Source: Octopus vulgaris (lineage: Eukaryota). Taken from it: a DNA stretch of 64,000 nt. How positions within the stretch are numbered: position 1 is the first letter of the stretch; the number at the start of each line of letters is the position of its first letter. Shown here one piece after another: positions 52,071-64,000 of this stretch. The notes under the pieces were generated by a model, which was not told where the DNA came from, did not search any database, and worked only from the letters and a program-made list of their open reading frames with translations. The position numbers and the translations under genes are program-made. The stretch spans positions 160,270,001 to 160,334,000 of the forward strand of contig OX597816.1 of assembly GCA_951406725.2 (NCBI GenBank), given 5' to 3'.

Positions 52071-52977
52071 AATGAGAATAATTCTAGGATGGAATTTATA
52101 AATATTTAATACATCGTTATGTGAGTTTCAACAAATCACATGATTTTGACATCAGAGTCAGTATCCTTGTGATTAGTACAGTGTAGTCTGTATTATCCTT
52201 GGGCATCCGGTTGATCATCATAGGTGTAGGAGTGGCTGTATGGTAAGTAGCTTGCTTACCAACCTCATGGTTCCAGGTTAAGTCCTACTGTGTGGCACCT
52301 TGGGCAAGTATCTTCTACTATAGCCTTGGGCTGACCAAAGCCTTGTGAGTGGATTTGGTAGCCGGAAAGGGAAAGAAGCCCGTCATATATATGTATGTGT
52401 GTGTATATGTTTGTGTGTCTGTGTTTGTCCCCCCAACATCACTTGAAAACCAATGGTGGTGTGTTTACATACCTGTAACTTAGCGGTTCGGCAAAAGAGA
52501 CCGATAGAATAAGTACTAGGCTTACTAAGAATAAGTCCTGGGGTCGATTTGCTCGACTAAAGGCGGTGCTCCAGCATGGCCACAGTCAAATGACTGAAAC
52601 AAGTAAAAGAGTATTGGTTCGTTTTGTCAGTTTATACTACATTATTGGAAGAATCATGGAGGGATTTTTATCTCTTCTTATCAGTATAAAGGCCAATCTA
52701 GCTATTTTAGCTACATAGCTAGATTGGCTTTGATACTGGCAAGTAGAGAAAAATATCCATCCATGATTCATCCAGTAATGTAGTATCACCTGATGAAACG
52801 AACCAATGATGATGATCAACCAGATGCCCATGGATGATACAGACTATACTGTACAAATCCCAAGGATGCTGACTCTGATGTCAAAATCATGTGATTTGTG
52901 GAAACTCACATAATGATGTATTAGATATTTATAAATTCCATGATGATGACGATGATCCTAGAATTATTATTATCATT
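52071..52977 (+). repeat. Long inverted repeat (fold-back), ~240-bp arms, 9-nt loop
   Basis: 52090-52220 plus 52613-52705 pair with 52715-52940 at ~89% identity, no indels within either block (manual alignment). Confidence 0.95.
52221..52612 (+). mobile_element. Full-length CORE-type SINE inserted in the left arm of a long palindrome
   Basis: Consensus-like copy; removing it restores arm complementarity. Confidence 0.9.
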
Positions 52978-53027
52978 GTTATATGTGTGTGTGTATGTAT
53001 GTATGTATGTATGTATGTATGTATGTA

Positions 53028-53071
<44 letters not shown>

Positions 53072-55099
53072 AGTATATATGTATAAATATATACTCATGT
53101 TTTGAGTTATATTTTTCTTGATGGCATCACCAAACCTGTATATATATATACGCACACACACACACACACACATACACACACACACAGCTGTCTGTCCTGT
53201 CCTGTCTCTTAGGGTCATCTATGTAACCAGCTGGCAGAATCATTAGGGTGCCAGCCAAAATGCTTAGGAGTATTTTGTCTGCCGTTATGTTCTGAGTTGA
53301 AATTCTGCAGAGGTGGACTTTGCCTTTTATCCTTTCGGGGTCGATTAAATAAGTACCAGTTATGCACTGGGGGTTGATATAATTGACTTAATCCCTTTGT
53401 CTGTCCTTGTTTGTTCCCTCTATGTTTAACCCCCTGTGAGCAATAAAGAAATAAATATTTATTCTTAAGTTATATTGAGATACTTTGTCCCCTTATCACT
53501 GATAATGCTGTTGTAAACAAACTTAACACATTTTTGCATTTTTTTAATCCATCATTGATATGTAATTAGGTCACCCAGTGACTTATTTCAAATTCCTTTT
53601 ATGTTAAAAATATTTCACCTGTCTGTATTTGTTCTTATTCTATCTAATGACAAGATTCATGTTACATCCATGCATCACCTTTGTAGTAAAGAAGTTGATG
53701 TGGGTTGGCAAGAGGAAGGGCATCTGACTGAATAAAATCTGCTTCAACAACAAATTGCATCTGACCCATGCGAGGATGGAAAATTAGATGTTAAAACAAT
53801 GATGAGGATGATAATGAAGATGGTATGTGTGTGTGTGTGTGTACCTGTGTGTATGTGCATGTGTGTGTGTGTGTATGTATGTTTATGTATGTATATGTGT
53901 ATGAGTGTTTGTATGTATGTATGTATGTATGTATATATGATTGCACACTATGTATGTATTCATTATCTGTGGAAGTGCAATGGCCCATTGGTTTCGGTGG
54001 CGACACTCGCGGTCATGGGATCACGGTTTCGATTCCCAGACCAGGCATTGTGAGTTTATTGAACAAAAACACCTAAAGCTCCATGAGGCTCTGGCAGGGG
54101 TTGGTAGCAAACCCTGCTGTACTCCTTCACCACAACTTCCTCTCACTCTTTCTTTCTGTTTCACCTGTATTTCAAAGGGCCAGCCTTATCACACTCTATA
54201 TCATGCTGAATCTCCCCGAGAACTACATCAAAGATACACGTGTCTGTGGAGCCACTTGAATATCAGTTTCATGAGCAGGCTGTTCCGTTGATTGGATCAG
54301 TTGGGACCCTCGTCATCGTAACCGACAAAGTGCTGTAGTAGTAATTCCTTGTCTATATTTACCGCTTTTTAGTTATAGTGTTTAAGTATTTTTTCATGCA
54401 CTGCTATTACCACAATATTGTGTATTACTTATCCGTTTTCTGTATGTGTGTGTGTTTGTGAGAGAGAGTGAGAGGGGGAAATAGAAAAAGGGTGAGATGG
54501 GAGATTGAGAAAGAGAGAGGGAGGTAGAGAAATATAGAAAGAAAAAGAATGTATGGTAAAGATAATTGCTATGATATTCAAAAGTTCTTATTGTTTATCT
54601 AGAATAGTATGAGTATTTTTATTGCCATTGTAGTATTAAAAGATATTACTTAGTGTTACAAGAGATATTGAGGTTGACAGCATAAAGTTTTGAAGAGCAA
54701 GAAGCAAGATTCTAACAAGCCAAGACCATGATGTTGTTCCCTTCATTTTATGGAAGCTGATGCACTTTCATGAAGCTGTATTTATTTAGTTACTTTATAT
54801 CCCAATTGGTGAATAGTATTGGCATCGGGGACAGGTTCCCTCCCAAAGGGCCAATTACTGCTTCATTGCATTTCTGACAACAAGAATGACATGGGAGTTT
54901 GTGTAACTTGATGCAAAACTAACATCGCAAGGGTCTTAATTCGAAATGACACCTGACTTTTTTGTTTCTTTACTGAAGTTTACAAGCTTTGCTGATAAAT
55001 GTTGCTGAAAGACAGACACAAAAACATATACATGTGTGTGTGTGTGTGTTTGTGTATGTATATGTATGTATATACACAAACACACACATACATACAATT

Positions 55100-55488
55100 T
55101 TAGTAGAACCTTGCAGTACGAGTGCTTCATTGTACGAGTAATTTGCTGTATGAGCTGAGATGCGTGCATATTTTTGTCTTGAAGTACAAGCAGAAATCCA
55201 CAGTACGAGCACACAAATCGTCTCATTTTAAAAGTAATTCAGTTAATAAAACCAGTTTACATATTTCTTTTGCATTCTCTTTTTTATAATTGTCATTTTA
55301 CTTGTAACTACACCTTTTCTATTTTAAAACATATAAAATATTATTTTTGAGTGGTTTTGGCAGGGCTGGAAAGGATTAATTATGTTTTAGTTAATTTCAA
55401 TGGGGAAAATTGATTTGTAAAACGAGTAAATCGTAAGACAAGCTCAGTCATGGAACAAATTAAACTTGTACTGTGAGGTATCACTGTA
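55100..55488. mobile_element. Tigger/pogo-like MITE
   Basis: Termini TAGTAGAACCTTGCAGTACGAG ... CTTGTACTGTGAGGTATCACTG|TA with internal GTACGAG repeats. Confidence 0.6.
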
Positions 55489-55527
55489 TACATTTACATA
55501 CATGTATGTCTATATGTATTAACACAA

Positions 55528-56210
55528 AGAAACAATGATAGGCAAAGGAGTGTTTTTATTTGAAAAGCTGCATGTAAATATTCCATGATGTAATCAAGTC
55601 TTAGCTTTACAGCTGTTTCAGATAATCAATGATTGTTTGATATAACCATGATATTATGCAAGGATTTCCAATACTGAGTCAATAATGTAAAACAGTTGCA
55701 GCATGGAAGTTGTTAGTAAGCCATTCAAGAATACACAAAAGCTGTTAGTTTCACATCAACGTTTAAATTTTATGACACAAATGAAATTTAAATGTTGAAG
55801 TGAAACTAATGGTATTTATGTGTTCTTGAATGGCTTACAAACATCTTCCACATTGCAATTGTTTTTGATTCAACACACGATCTCAGATCAAGTCACTTGC
55901 TATACAAGTACATTTCCATAAGTCAATAATGTAGTTATACATAATCAGTAAAGAATATTCTAATGAGGATATTGTGCCATTGCTCCATATGTCTATAAAA
56001 AATCCATACTAGTTGATATTTCTCCTTTGCTTTCATATAAACCTTCATTATCAACTGTATATATTGACTTCCTTGCCTATTATGCATGGCTATTCCAACT
56101 TGTCATTGATTATCTGAAACAGCTGTAAAGCTGAGATTTGATTACATCATCTAATTCATATGTGCAATCTTTCATATGAATACATTCCTTCTGTTTGTTA
56201 TCGTTGTTCT
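55528..56210. mobile_element. Inverted pair of Penelope-type termini enclosing a palindromic MITE (55689-55866)
   Basis: Arms ~55528-55675 and ~56060-56210 share TCATTGATTATCTGAAACAGCTGTAAAGCT. Inner ~80-bp-arm palindrome; related fragment at ~5400-5510. Confidence 0.7.
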
Positions 56211-57996
56211 CCTTTCATACCACTAGCTCAATGATTATTGTTCTTATAGCTAACTTTCTCTTCCACACAACCTAATTCTTTTCAAAGAGTTGTTTGGATT
56301 TCTCTGAGCCAAACTGGTTGAATATTAATATCATGCTTACCTAAGCATTTCATAACCCATTCATATTCTTTTATTCATTTATCTGTTTCATTCATTTGAC
56401 TGTGGCCATGCTGGAGCACCGCCTGTAGTTGAACAAACTGACTTATTCTTTTGTAAGCCTAGGTACTTATTCTATCAGTCTCTTTTGCTGAACTGCTAAG
56501 TCTCAGGGACGTAAACACTCTAATGTCAGTTGTCAAACGATGGTGGAGACAGACAGACAGACACACATATACGACAGGCTTCTTTCAGTTTCCATCTACC
56601 AAATCCATTCACAAAGCTTTCGTTGGCCTGAGGCTATAGTAGAAGACACATGCCCATGCTGCCACACAATGGGATTGAACCTGGAACCATGTGGTTTGTA
56701 AGCAAGCTACTTACTACACAGACACTCCTGTGCCTATATATATATATATTCTTTTATTCTTTGACTTGTTTCTGCCAGATCAGATTGGAACCTGGCGCAG
56801 CCATCTGGTTCACCAGTCCTCAGTCAAATCGTCCAACCCATGCTAGCATAGAAAGCGGACGTTAAACGATGATGAATGTATTTTATTTTGGTCAAGTGAG
56901 TCTCTCATTACTCTCAGTTTCCTTGAGGTGCACAGAATCTTCAGGCAGTCATAACTTACCTGAAGACCTTGTGAACTTAGAGGTGAAACTCACGAGTAGC
57001 AAGAGACTCACTTGAATGAAATAAAATATATTCTTGATCTCTACTACGCCATTGAGTAATCCTTTTTTCTGACAGTAACACTAAACTTGTGTGTGTGTGT
57101 GTGTGCACATGCGCCTGCACATGTGTGTTTGTGCATGTGTGTGCATGCATATATATGCACGTGCATATGTGTGTATGCATGTGCATGTCTGTACATGTAT
57201 TGCATGAGTGCATATGTATATGCATGCATGTGTGTGCATGTGCATGCACTAGTGTGTGTGTGAGTGTGCATGCACGCATGTGTGTGTGTGTGTGTGTTTG
57301 TAAATTAGAAGGTTGTTTCTGCTCACTCTTGAAAAGTTAGACATTTTAATTTAATGTTGTTCTTGGGCAAGAAAATTGACTTTGCTTCAGTCTGAAAATG
57401 GGGTTTTGTTATATAAGAGCAGTTTTAGAAATGGCTAAACAAAGATGTTCCAACGAAAAGAAATATAACATAAAATTCAAAAGTCTTCTTTAAAACTTGA
57501 TGCTTACATCAATAGAAAATAAATAAATCTACCCCTCGATGGTACTGTTCACAGATGATCTAGCAACTATTTCTTAACAGTTTGATAAATTGATGTACTG
57601 ACTACAAAGATTCTATGAAATGCCTGTAGTAGAATAACGTCTGGATTCTGAGTTATAAATCAATACTGTATCCATCCAGCTATTCTGCTGATGGACTAAC
57701 TACAGATGCTTCTGACTTGTTATTAAAGAACAGATTGTCAATAAAGCATGGTTTGGTAGTTGGATATTATATGACAGCTTCCTTCCTTGTCGCTGTTATT
57801 GTAACAGTCATCTTGTCACCATTCTAAAACATCCTTTCTTTGTTATAGTACAGTCAATTTCTTTATTAACCATGAGGTTGAGAAAAAGAGGGGGTTGATA
57901 CGAGGACAGACAAAACAAACATTGGGGTCAGGGTATCGAATGAGACAAAATGTATGAATAAACAATTAAAATATATACAATTAGACAAGACTTTTA

Positions 57997-58342
57997 CGGA
58001 TTCCATGGACAGCGAGGCTCACCAATGGAGAAGTTCTTAAGCAGATCAGGTCGAAAATGTCGCTAGAAGCTAGGATCACCAAGCATAGATTGACATATTT
58101 TGGTCATATTATGCGGAGAAAATCCCTGGAGAAAGGACATCATGCTCGGAATGGTCAGTGGCATGAGAGGAAGAGGCCGACCAAGAACCCACTGGCTTGA
58201 CACCATCAAGAGTGATACTGGAATGGACATAGCCAATCTGAAAGAAGCGGCCCAGGATAGAACTGACTGGAGGACACTGATCCATCGAGTAACTGAGAGT
58301 CGACTTCGACTGAGCGGATAGATAGATAGATAGATAGATAAG
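57997..58342 (+). mobile_element. RTE (BovB-like) LINE 3' fragment with (GATA)n tail
   Basis: RIPWTARLTNGEVL...LTYFGHIMRRKSLEK(fs)DIMLGMVSGMRGRGRPRTHWLD...WRTLIHRVTESRLRLSG*; one frameshift. Confidence 0.85.
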
Positions 58343-58551
58343 AATCAGTGATTTACAGAAAATGAAGCGGAGATAACGGTCGACCCCACAAACCACATAC
58401 TCACACTGAAGACTTTGCTTTCTCCTTTTTATATTCTCGTTTAAACAAGTTCTTTCACTCGCAACATACTTGCTATAGACTTCCATCTTTTACGAAGCAC
58501 ATTTTGTGACAGGCATTTCTTCTCCAGCCTTATTTTCCATTTTATGTGGAA

Positions 58552-59682
58552 CTAGCAGCATAGCCTGGCGTTGCCCGGGTATGTAAGAGCTCCTAGTAGG
58601 CAACAACTAATCCCAATCTAGTCCTTTCCCTCTTGGGAATGAAGGCGCATGTGTAGGTTGCAATGTCTTCTCTTCACTCCCAAATAACTATCAAACAGCT
58701 ATCGATAATTCAACCCAACCAATTCCTACCAGGAAGAAATTACATTCGAGACTTTACCCCCAACTCCGCAAGTTATTCGAATACTTTTTTTGTTTAAACT
58801 TTCTTTATAACTACCACCCCAAATGTTTTACCTTAAATTTTTGACGTACCCTAAGGGTCCTCGGACGCTACTTGCAAACTCTTGGTTTATTATAAACCAC
58901 TTTTGTTGTGTGCACCAAAAAACCTTTTCCATTCGTTTGTTCAGTTTGGTCACTTTTGACTTTTTCGTTGTTGTCACTCACATTGCTGCTCACTTTTTTG
59001 CCATGTTTGTACATTTTTATACATTTTGGGATACTTACCCCACGTGTTCCGAGAGTTAAAAAGGTCGAGTTCCGTCCCCTAGACAGTCTGTGGTCTGTAT
59101 TTAATACACAAATCGGTTTGCTATGTGTGCCACATATGATTTAATTAACCGATTTTTTCCAGTAATAAAGTATCCTATTGGAATAAAAAGGGCCATATAG
59201 CTCCTTGGAGCAGACATGATGCTCGCTGTGAATTAAAAAAATTCCTGCCAATTTGTGAAAGATATTGTCGAAAATATGTCATCTTGAATTTGAACACGAT
59301 TTCCCAAAATGGCATGATTTTATCGATTTTTTTCTGATGGTAAGGTATTGCATGGAAAACTAACATCAGAATTAAGTTTCTTAGGGTAACATTAAGCTTC
59401 ACCATGAGTTTGGTGAAAATCTATTGCAAGTTGCGAAAACTACAACCGAAAATGTGTTGCATATAAAAAGCTTAGATTCTCGACCCCATGTCGAATTTAT
59501 CAATTTTTTTCAGAACTGGGTGAACTTTTCAAAATTTTTGCTGCGTTAGTTTTGAATTATGACATTGGGCTATGCGTGTGTCAAGTTTCATCAGAATCGG
59601 TTGAAAACCGTGGTCAGAGTGAGGGTACAACCTGACAGACACACAGACAGACAAACTGCCGTTTATATATAGAGAGAAGAGA
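58552..59682 (-). mobile_element. Non-autonomous Helitron (~1.1 kb)
   Basis: Minus 5' TC..CTATATATAAAC, 3' hairpin CCCGGGCAACGCCAGG..CTAG, A|T insertion. Termini related to 23296-23692. Confidence 0.85.
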
Positions 59683-59999
59683 TATCACATCATCATTATG
59701 GTACTGTTATCTATCTTGTCATTATAGTACTACATTATATGTAGGCATGGGAGTAGGTGAGAAAGAGATAAAAGGAAGGTAATGATGGATTACCTGAGCA
59801 AACTGTCCTCTCCTTTTTCTTCATCATCATCATGCTTATGATGAGGATAATGTTAATGATGATATCTATTTTTATATGCAGGTGAGAATTGGATGTGATT
59901 TATTGTGCAACTGGGTGCTTTTCTTGATGCCAACCATTTCTGTCCGCATCTTTTAAGACATACAGGAATACAGTCTATCTATAACTAAACAACCAAAAT

Positions 60000-60257
60000 A
60001 TGATAGTTGGCTGAAAAGCTCATAGGCTGACCAAGACACTCTCATGAAATGTGACCAAATGAGGTTCATTTTTCAACATAGTCCATTTTCAAGAGAAGTT
60101 ACTTTTGAAGTCTTCTTTGAACATTCAAATGTCACTTTACCTAGAAAGAAACAATACAGTTATAAAGAAGAGAGGATTGAAGTTAATGTATGTGAGATTT
60201 CACAATCTTAGCATCACTCCTTCATTGTCAGCCTATGAATTTTTCAGCCCACCTGCA
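60000..60257. mobile_element. mariner-like MITE
   Basis: TIR GGCTGAAAAGCTCATAGGCTGAC / GTCAGCCTATGAATTTTTCAGCC. Confidence 0.65.
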
Positions 60258-61834
60258 TACACACAAATTTTTCATTTTTCTTATTTCATAGATATTCATC
60301 TTAAATATTAAATTAAATGTTTTGGTCTTCAGGCTCTTTTCCATTTTGTTGTTATTGTTGTTATTCCATTTGGGTTTCTCAAGGCTTCGTCAAACAGGTG
60401 ATTTCAAACTTGAGCACAGGTGAAATTTTGCCAGCAGATGTGGAGAGACTCTCCCCGCCCCTATTTTATAATGTAACATGGAAAAAAAAACATGAAAACA
60501 AATAAATAAAATGACAAAAAAATAAGGTTGTAGATAACAGGTGTTATTACATATTGTAATTATGATTGTTAGCATGGAAGCTTTTCCATGGCACCATTCC
60601 AGAATGGAAAAGAGAGGGGTTGTTGAGAAATCTGTTCTACAAGATCATATTTCAGGATTTATATATTTATTTATTTATTTATACTCTTGTTTTTGTTTGT
60701 TTTTGTTCTAAATACCCAGCTAAACATTAAGACATTTTTTCTTATCAAATGTTTATACTTTTTTGTACCTTTTTCCTTTACTTGTTTTTGTTTTTTTCTG
60801 TTGCTCTCTCTGTCTTTCTTTTGTGGAAAAGATAAGACAAGATTAGCAGTCTCCTTTATTGTTGTCATCGTCATCAACATCACCGTGATATTCATATTTA
60901 TCATTTTCCATCATCTGTAATCATTAATGTCATCTTTATCGTTATCACCACCATCACTACTAGAACCACCACCACCACTACCATCATCATCATGTTCACC
61001 ATACTTGTCATTTTTCATGATCTTTTATCATTGTTGTCATCTTTGTCATCATTATCATTGCCAGCATCTTGATCTTTTCTTCACCACTACCACCACCACC
61101 ACCACCACCACCACCATCATGATGTTTATCATATCCTTTTCACTATCTTTAATCCATGTTGTCATCTTCCATTGTTATCATTTTTATCAATACCACCACC
61201 TCTGCCACAACTACCACACTCATCATCATCATCACTCATGAAAAATTAAATTGTTCCTTGATATGGCACATGACCGGAGAGGCACACGAGTGGCTGTATA
61301 GTTAAGAAGTTTGCTTCCTAGCCCTGTGGTTTTGGATTCAGTCCCTCTGCTCAGCACCTTAGGCAAGAATCTTCTACTACTACTCTAGGCTGACCAGAAC
61401 TTAGAGAATTTAGTAGAAACAGAAAGAAGTCCATCATGTGTGTATATATGTATGTCTGTCTGTCTTTGTCCGAATGACCATTTGTCATTTGTCGGTTTGT
61501 TTACATCTTTGTAATTTAGCAGTTTGACAAAAGAAACTGACAAGTATAAGTGTCAGGCTTTAAAAAATAAGTATTGAGGTCAATTTATTCTAGTAAGCCC
61601 TTTCGAGTCACCCCAGCATGGCCATAGTCCAGTGGTTGAAATTGACAATATGAATACTTTTAGTATTATAAAATGATGATGTTGAGGATAAAGCAACTGA
61701 AATATACTTTGTAGAAAACCCTTTTTATAAAAGAGAATAGAGCAATTCATTAAATAATATAAATTGGTATGGCTTAATGAGTCCTATGAGGATGGTGACA
61801 AAATCCGCTTCAGGGAAAAATTTGATTGTAAGAA

Positions 61835-63470
61835 ACCATTCTGCCTATGAAGAGGAGGTTGTAGATGGATCTATTGGGGACTGCATTTGTTTGAGCTTCT
61901 CTAACCAAACCATCCATGACAAACACCAATTTCTTTGCTAATACTTTGACCAAAATTGAAAACCCTGCATTTATCAGTGTTATGGGTGAGAAATTGTCTA
62001 TAATATCCCCTGTATTGACATCCTTTCTCAGTAAAGTTAACACACCTCAACTCACAGACCTGGGAATTCTCCTGTTTTGCTGTCAATTGTGATGAATGCT
62101 TGCCAAGAGGTCACAAAACAGATTTGGCATATAACCATAAAACTCATAGTGCAGACTATCCTAACCAGGTAGTTTGTCCCTTGCACAACCACCCAGTACT
62201 TCATGTATTTCAGTTGCTGTTATTGGCCTTTCACAGTGCCTAACCTCTTCTTCCAAAAGATGTGGCTGGCCCTCCAGGTATTAAAGTCTAAAATTCTCTG
62301 TGGCCTATCCCTTTCTCTAAAGAGACAAAGTGCTGCTGGAAGGCCACATGCATTTGCTTGTCACCATATAGTATGTTCCCATCCTGATCTGTCAATGACT
62401 GAATTGTGGCTTTGTTGCCGTGTTGTGCCTCCACTACTAGAGCCTATCAAATTTCATTCCTTCTTGTTTTAGCATGTGAGCTCTATCCCTGATAACTCAG
62501 TCTTTGTGTTTCATACTGAAAAAATACCCAAGGGCCATTCTTGCCACTTGCACATTTGTCATGACACCACTTCTAATTGCCCTTTCTAGTTTACTAATTA
62601 GATCTTCCTCTAAACTATTTCTCTCTATCACTTGCTCTTTACTAAATGCTATTGACTTGTATTTAATTGCCCTCTTCAGGATCTCCACCAGCCGTTTTTG
62701 ACTGTCGCCCCTGTTAAATACCTCTTAACATTTGACTGGGACAATAGTCAATCTGGTCTCTGGAGTCTTTTTGTATCAGGAGAGACATCTTCAACTTCCA
62801 ATAGCTGGGTCCTATCTGAATCCTGTCTAAGGTATCTGTGAAGATTACAAATTTGTCATCTGTATAGCTGACCAGTATGAATTGTGGACACCCTAACACA
62901 TCTTTGTCCATTAACCTAATGAATGCTCAAAGTACAATCTGGAAGATCCATCGTGGTTGCTCCAAGTCACATTGGTACATTCAGGAAATCTAGTCAGTAT
63001 CTGTCAGACATTTGGAAATATCTGAGCATATTTTTGAGGCTTTTGCATCCCTGCTATGAGTTAACCTTGCACAGTCACTTCATGCATCCAAAATCCCTTT
63101 CCAATCCCTTACTAATACTAAAGAGCAGGATGTTCTTAGGAAGGCTTCCTGGTATTGAAAGAAATCTGGCTGTCAAGTCCTGATGGGTGCATAGATGGCC
63201 TCTAGTTTGAAGGCATTGCCTTTACTGTCACTCACACCTAGTACCACCAGCTTACCTGTCAGATCTAGGAAGATTATCTGAGCCTCTAAACCTAATTCTT
63301 TCTGGAAAAGCACTGCTACTCCTCTGCCCAGTCACATCAGACTATAAGATAAGAATGATTTGCAGTCATTTGACATAAGGTTGAGTGTGACTCAGAAATT
63401 TGTCCTATGGGATTTGTAGCCACATTCTTCATCAAGCAAGATTAGTGGGTGATTTGTTTAGCTGTTGACA
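61835..63470 (-). mobile_element. Decayed Tx1/L1-clade LINE ORF2 (APE-linker-RT start)
   Basis: GPSYWKLKMSLL, NFSPITLINAGFSILVKVLAKKL (cf. WRPISLLN.DYKILAK.LA.RL) and QTNAVPNRSI; many stops and frameshifts. Confidence 0.8.
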
Positions 63471-63661
63471 ACTCAACCTTGCAAGTAAGTGTATTAGGTT
63501 GCTTGTTACCCTCTGTACTCTTGGACAAACTGGTGGGTGTGTTTCTTGAATTACTGATAATTTGACCATGAAAAAAGCAGTCTGACCTGATTTATTCTCT
63601 ATAATGTGCAATATATTAGATACGGTGTATATTAACTAGGTTGCTCTTTTTTTTCTTGTAG

Positions 63662-63696
63662 ATATGTTGAAAATGCGGACAGAAAAATAGAATAAG
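63662..63696 (+). other. Candidate 35-nt exon with stops in all three frames
   Basis: ATTAAC branch-like motif, CTCTTTTTTTTCTTGTAG| acceptor, AAG|GTAAGG donor. Confidence 0.4.
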
Positions 63697-64000
63697 GTAA
63701 GGTGCTCATATTGTTTAGCAAAATATGTTTTTCGTTTGTTTTTAAGTTGTTATATTCACAGAATTTTTATTTTATGCAAACAAATACTATTTGATTAGCC
63801 TGTTTATGTACATGTATGTTACTTGGAAGTATGCTGTGCGCGAGAAGACCCGGCAGGACAAGTGAGGCCATAACCCATGGCCCCTACCTGGGACGTAGTC
63901 AGTCCACCTGTGCATACCTTCCTTCTTGGGACACATAACTCTACTTGTGAAGACCTGTTGAGGCAAGTGAAAATCAAAAATCAAAGAATCAAATCAAAAT

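Overview
AT-rich animal genomic DNA. The SINE/LINE repertoire and dense (CA/TA/AAT/GAT)n microsatellites point to a coleoid cephalopod, most likely Octopus (inference). I see no intact host protein-coding gene, and the window reads as a large intron or intergenic interval. Nearly all ORF-track ORFs are microsatellite or TE artefacts. The real coding remnants are decayed non-LTR retrotransposons (RTE, a BovB-like RTE, R4/Dong, CRE, Tx1/L1) and a hAT transposase C-terminus. The rest is tRNA-derived SINEs, piggyBac/hAT/mariner/Tigger-type MITEs, Helitrons, a Helentron-like element and Penelope-type termini. The most notable signal is that several non-repeat islands are long imperfect fold-backs (52.07-52.98 kb, 17.4-17.7 kb, 14.15-14.3 kb, 28.8-28.9 kb, 54.7-54.9 kb, 12.8-12.9 kb) whose arm differences mostly give G-U wobbles on the + strand. 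This suggests a + strand transcript carrying a series of hpRNA/ADAR-type duplexes, although mutational strand asymmetry is an alternative. Also of interest are a tRNA-headed element with a Penelope-type hammerhead end and a tandem compact-pseudoknot motif in the RTE 3' UTR. All alignments and folds were done by eye, and many boundaries are approximate.
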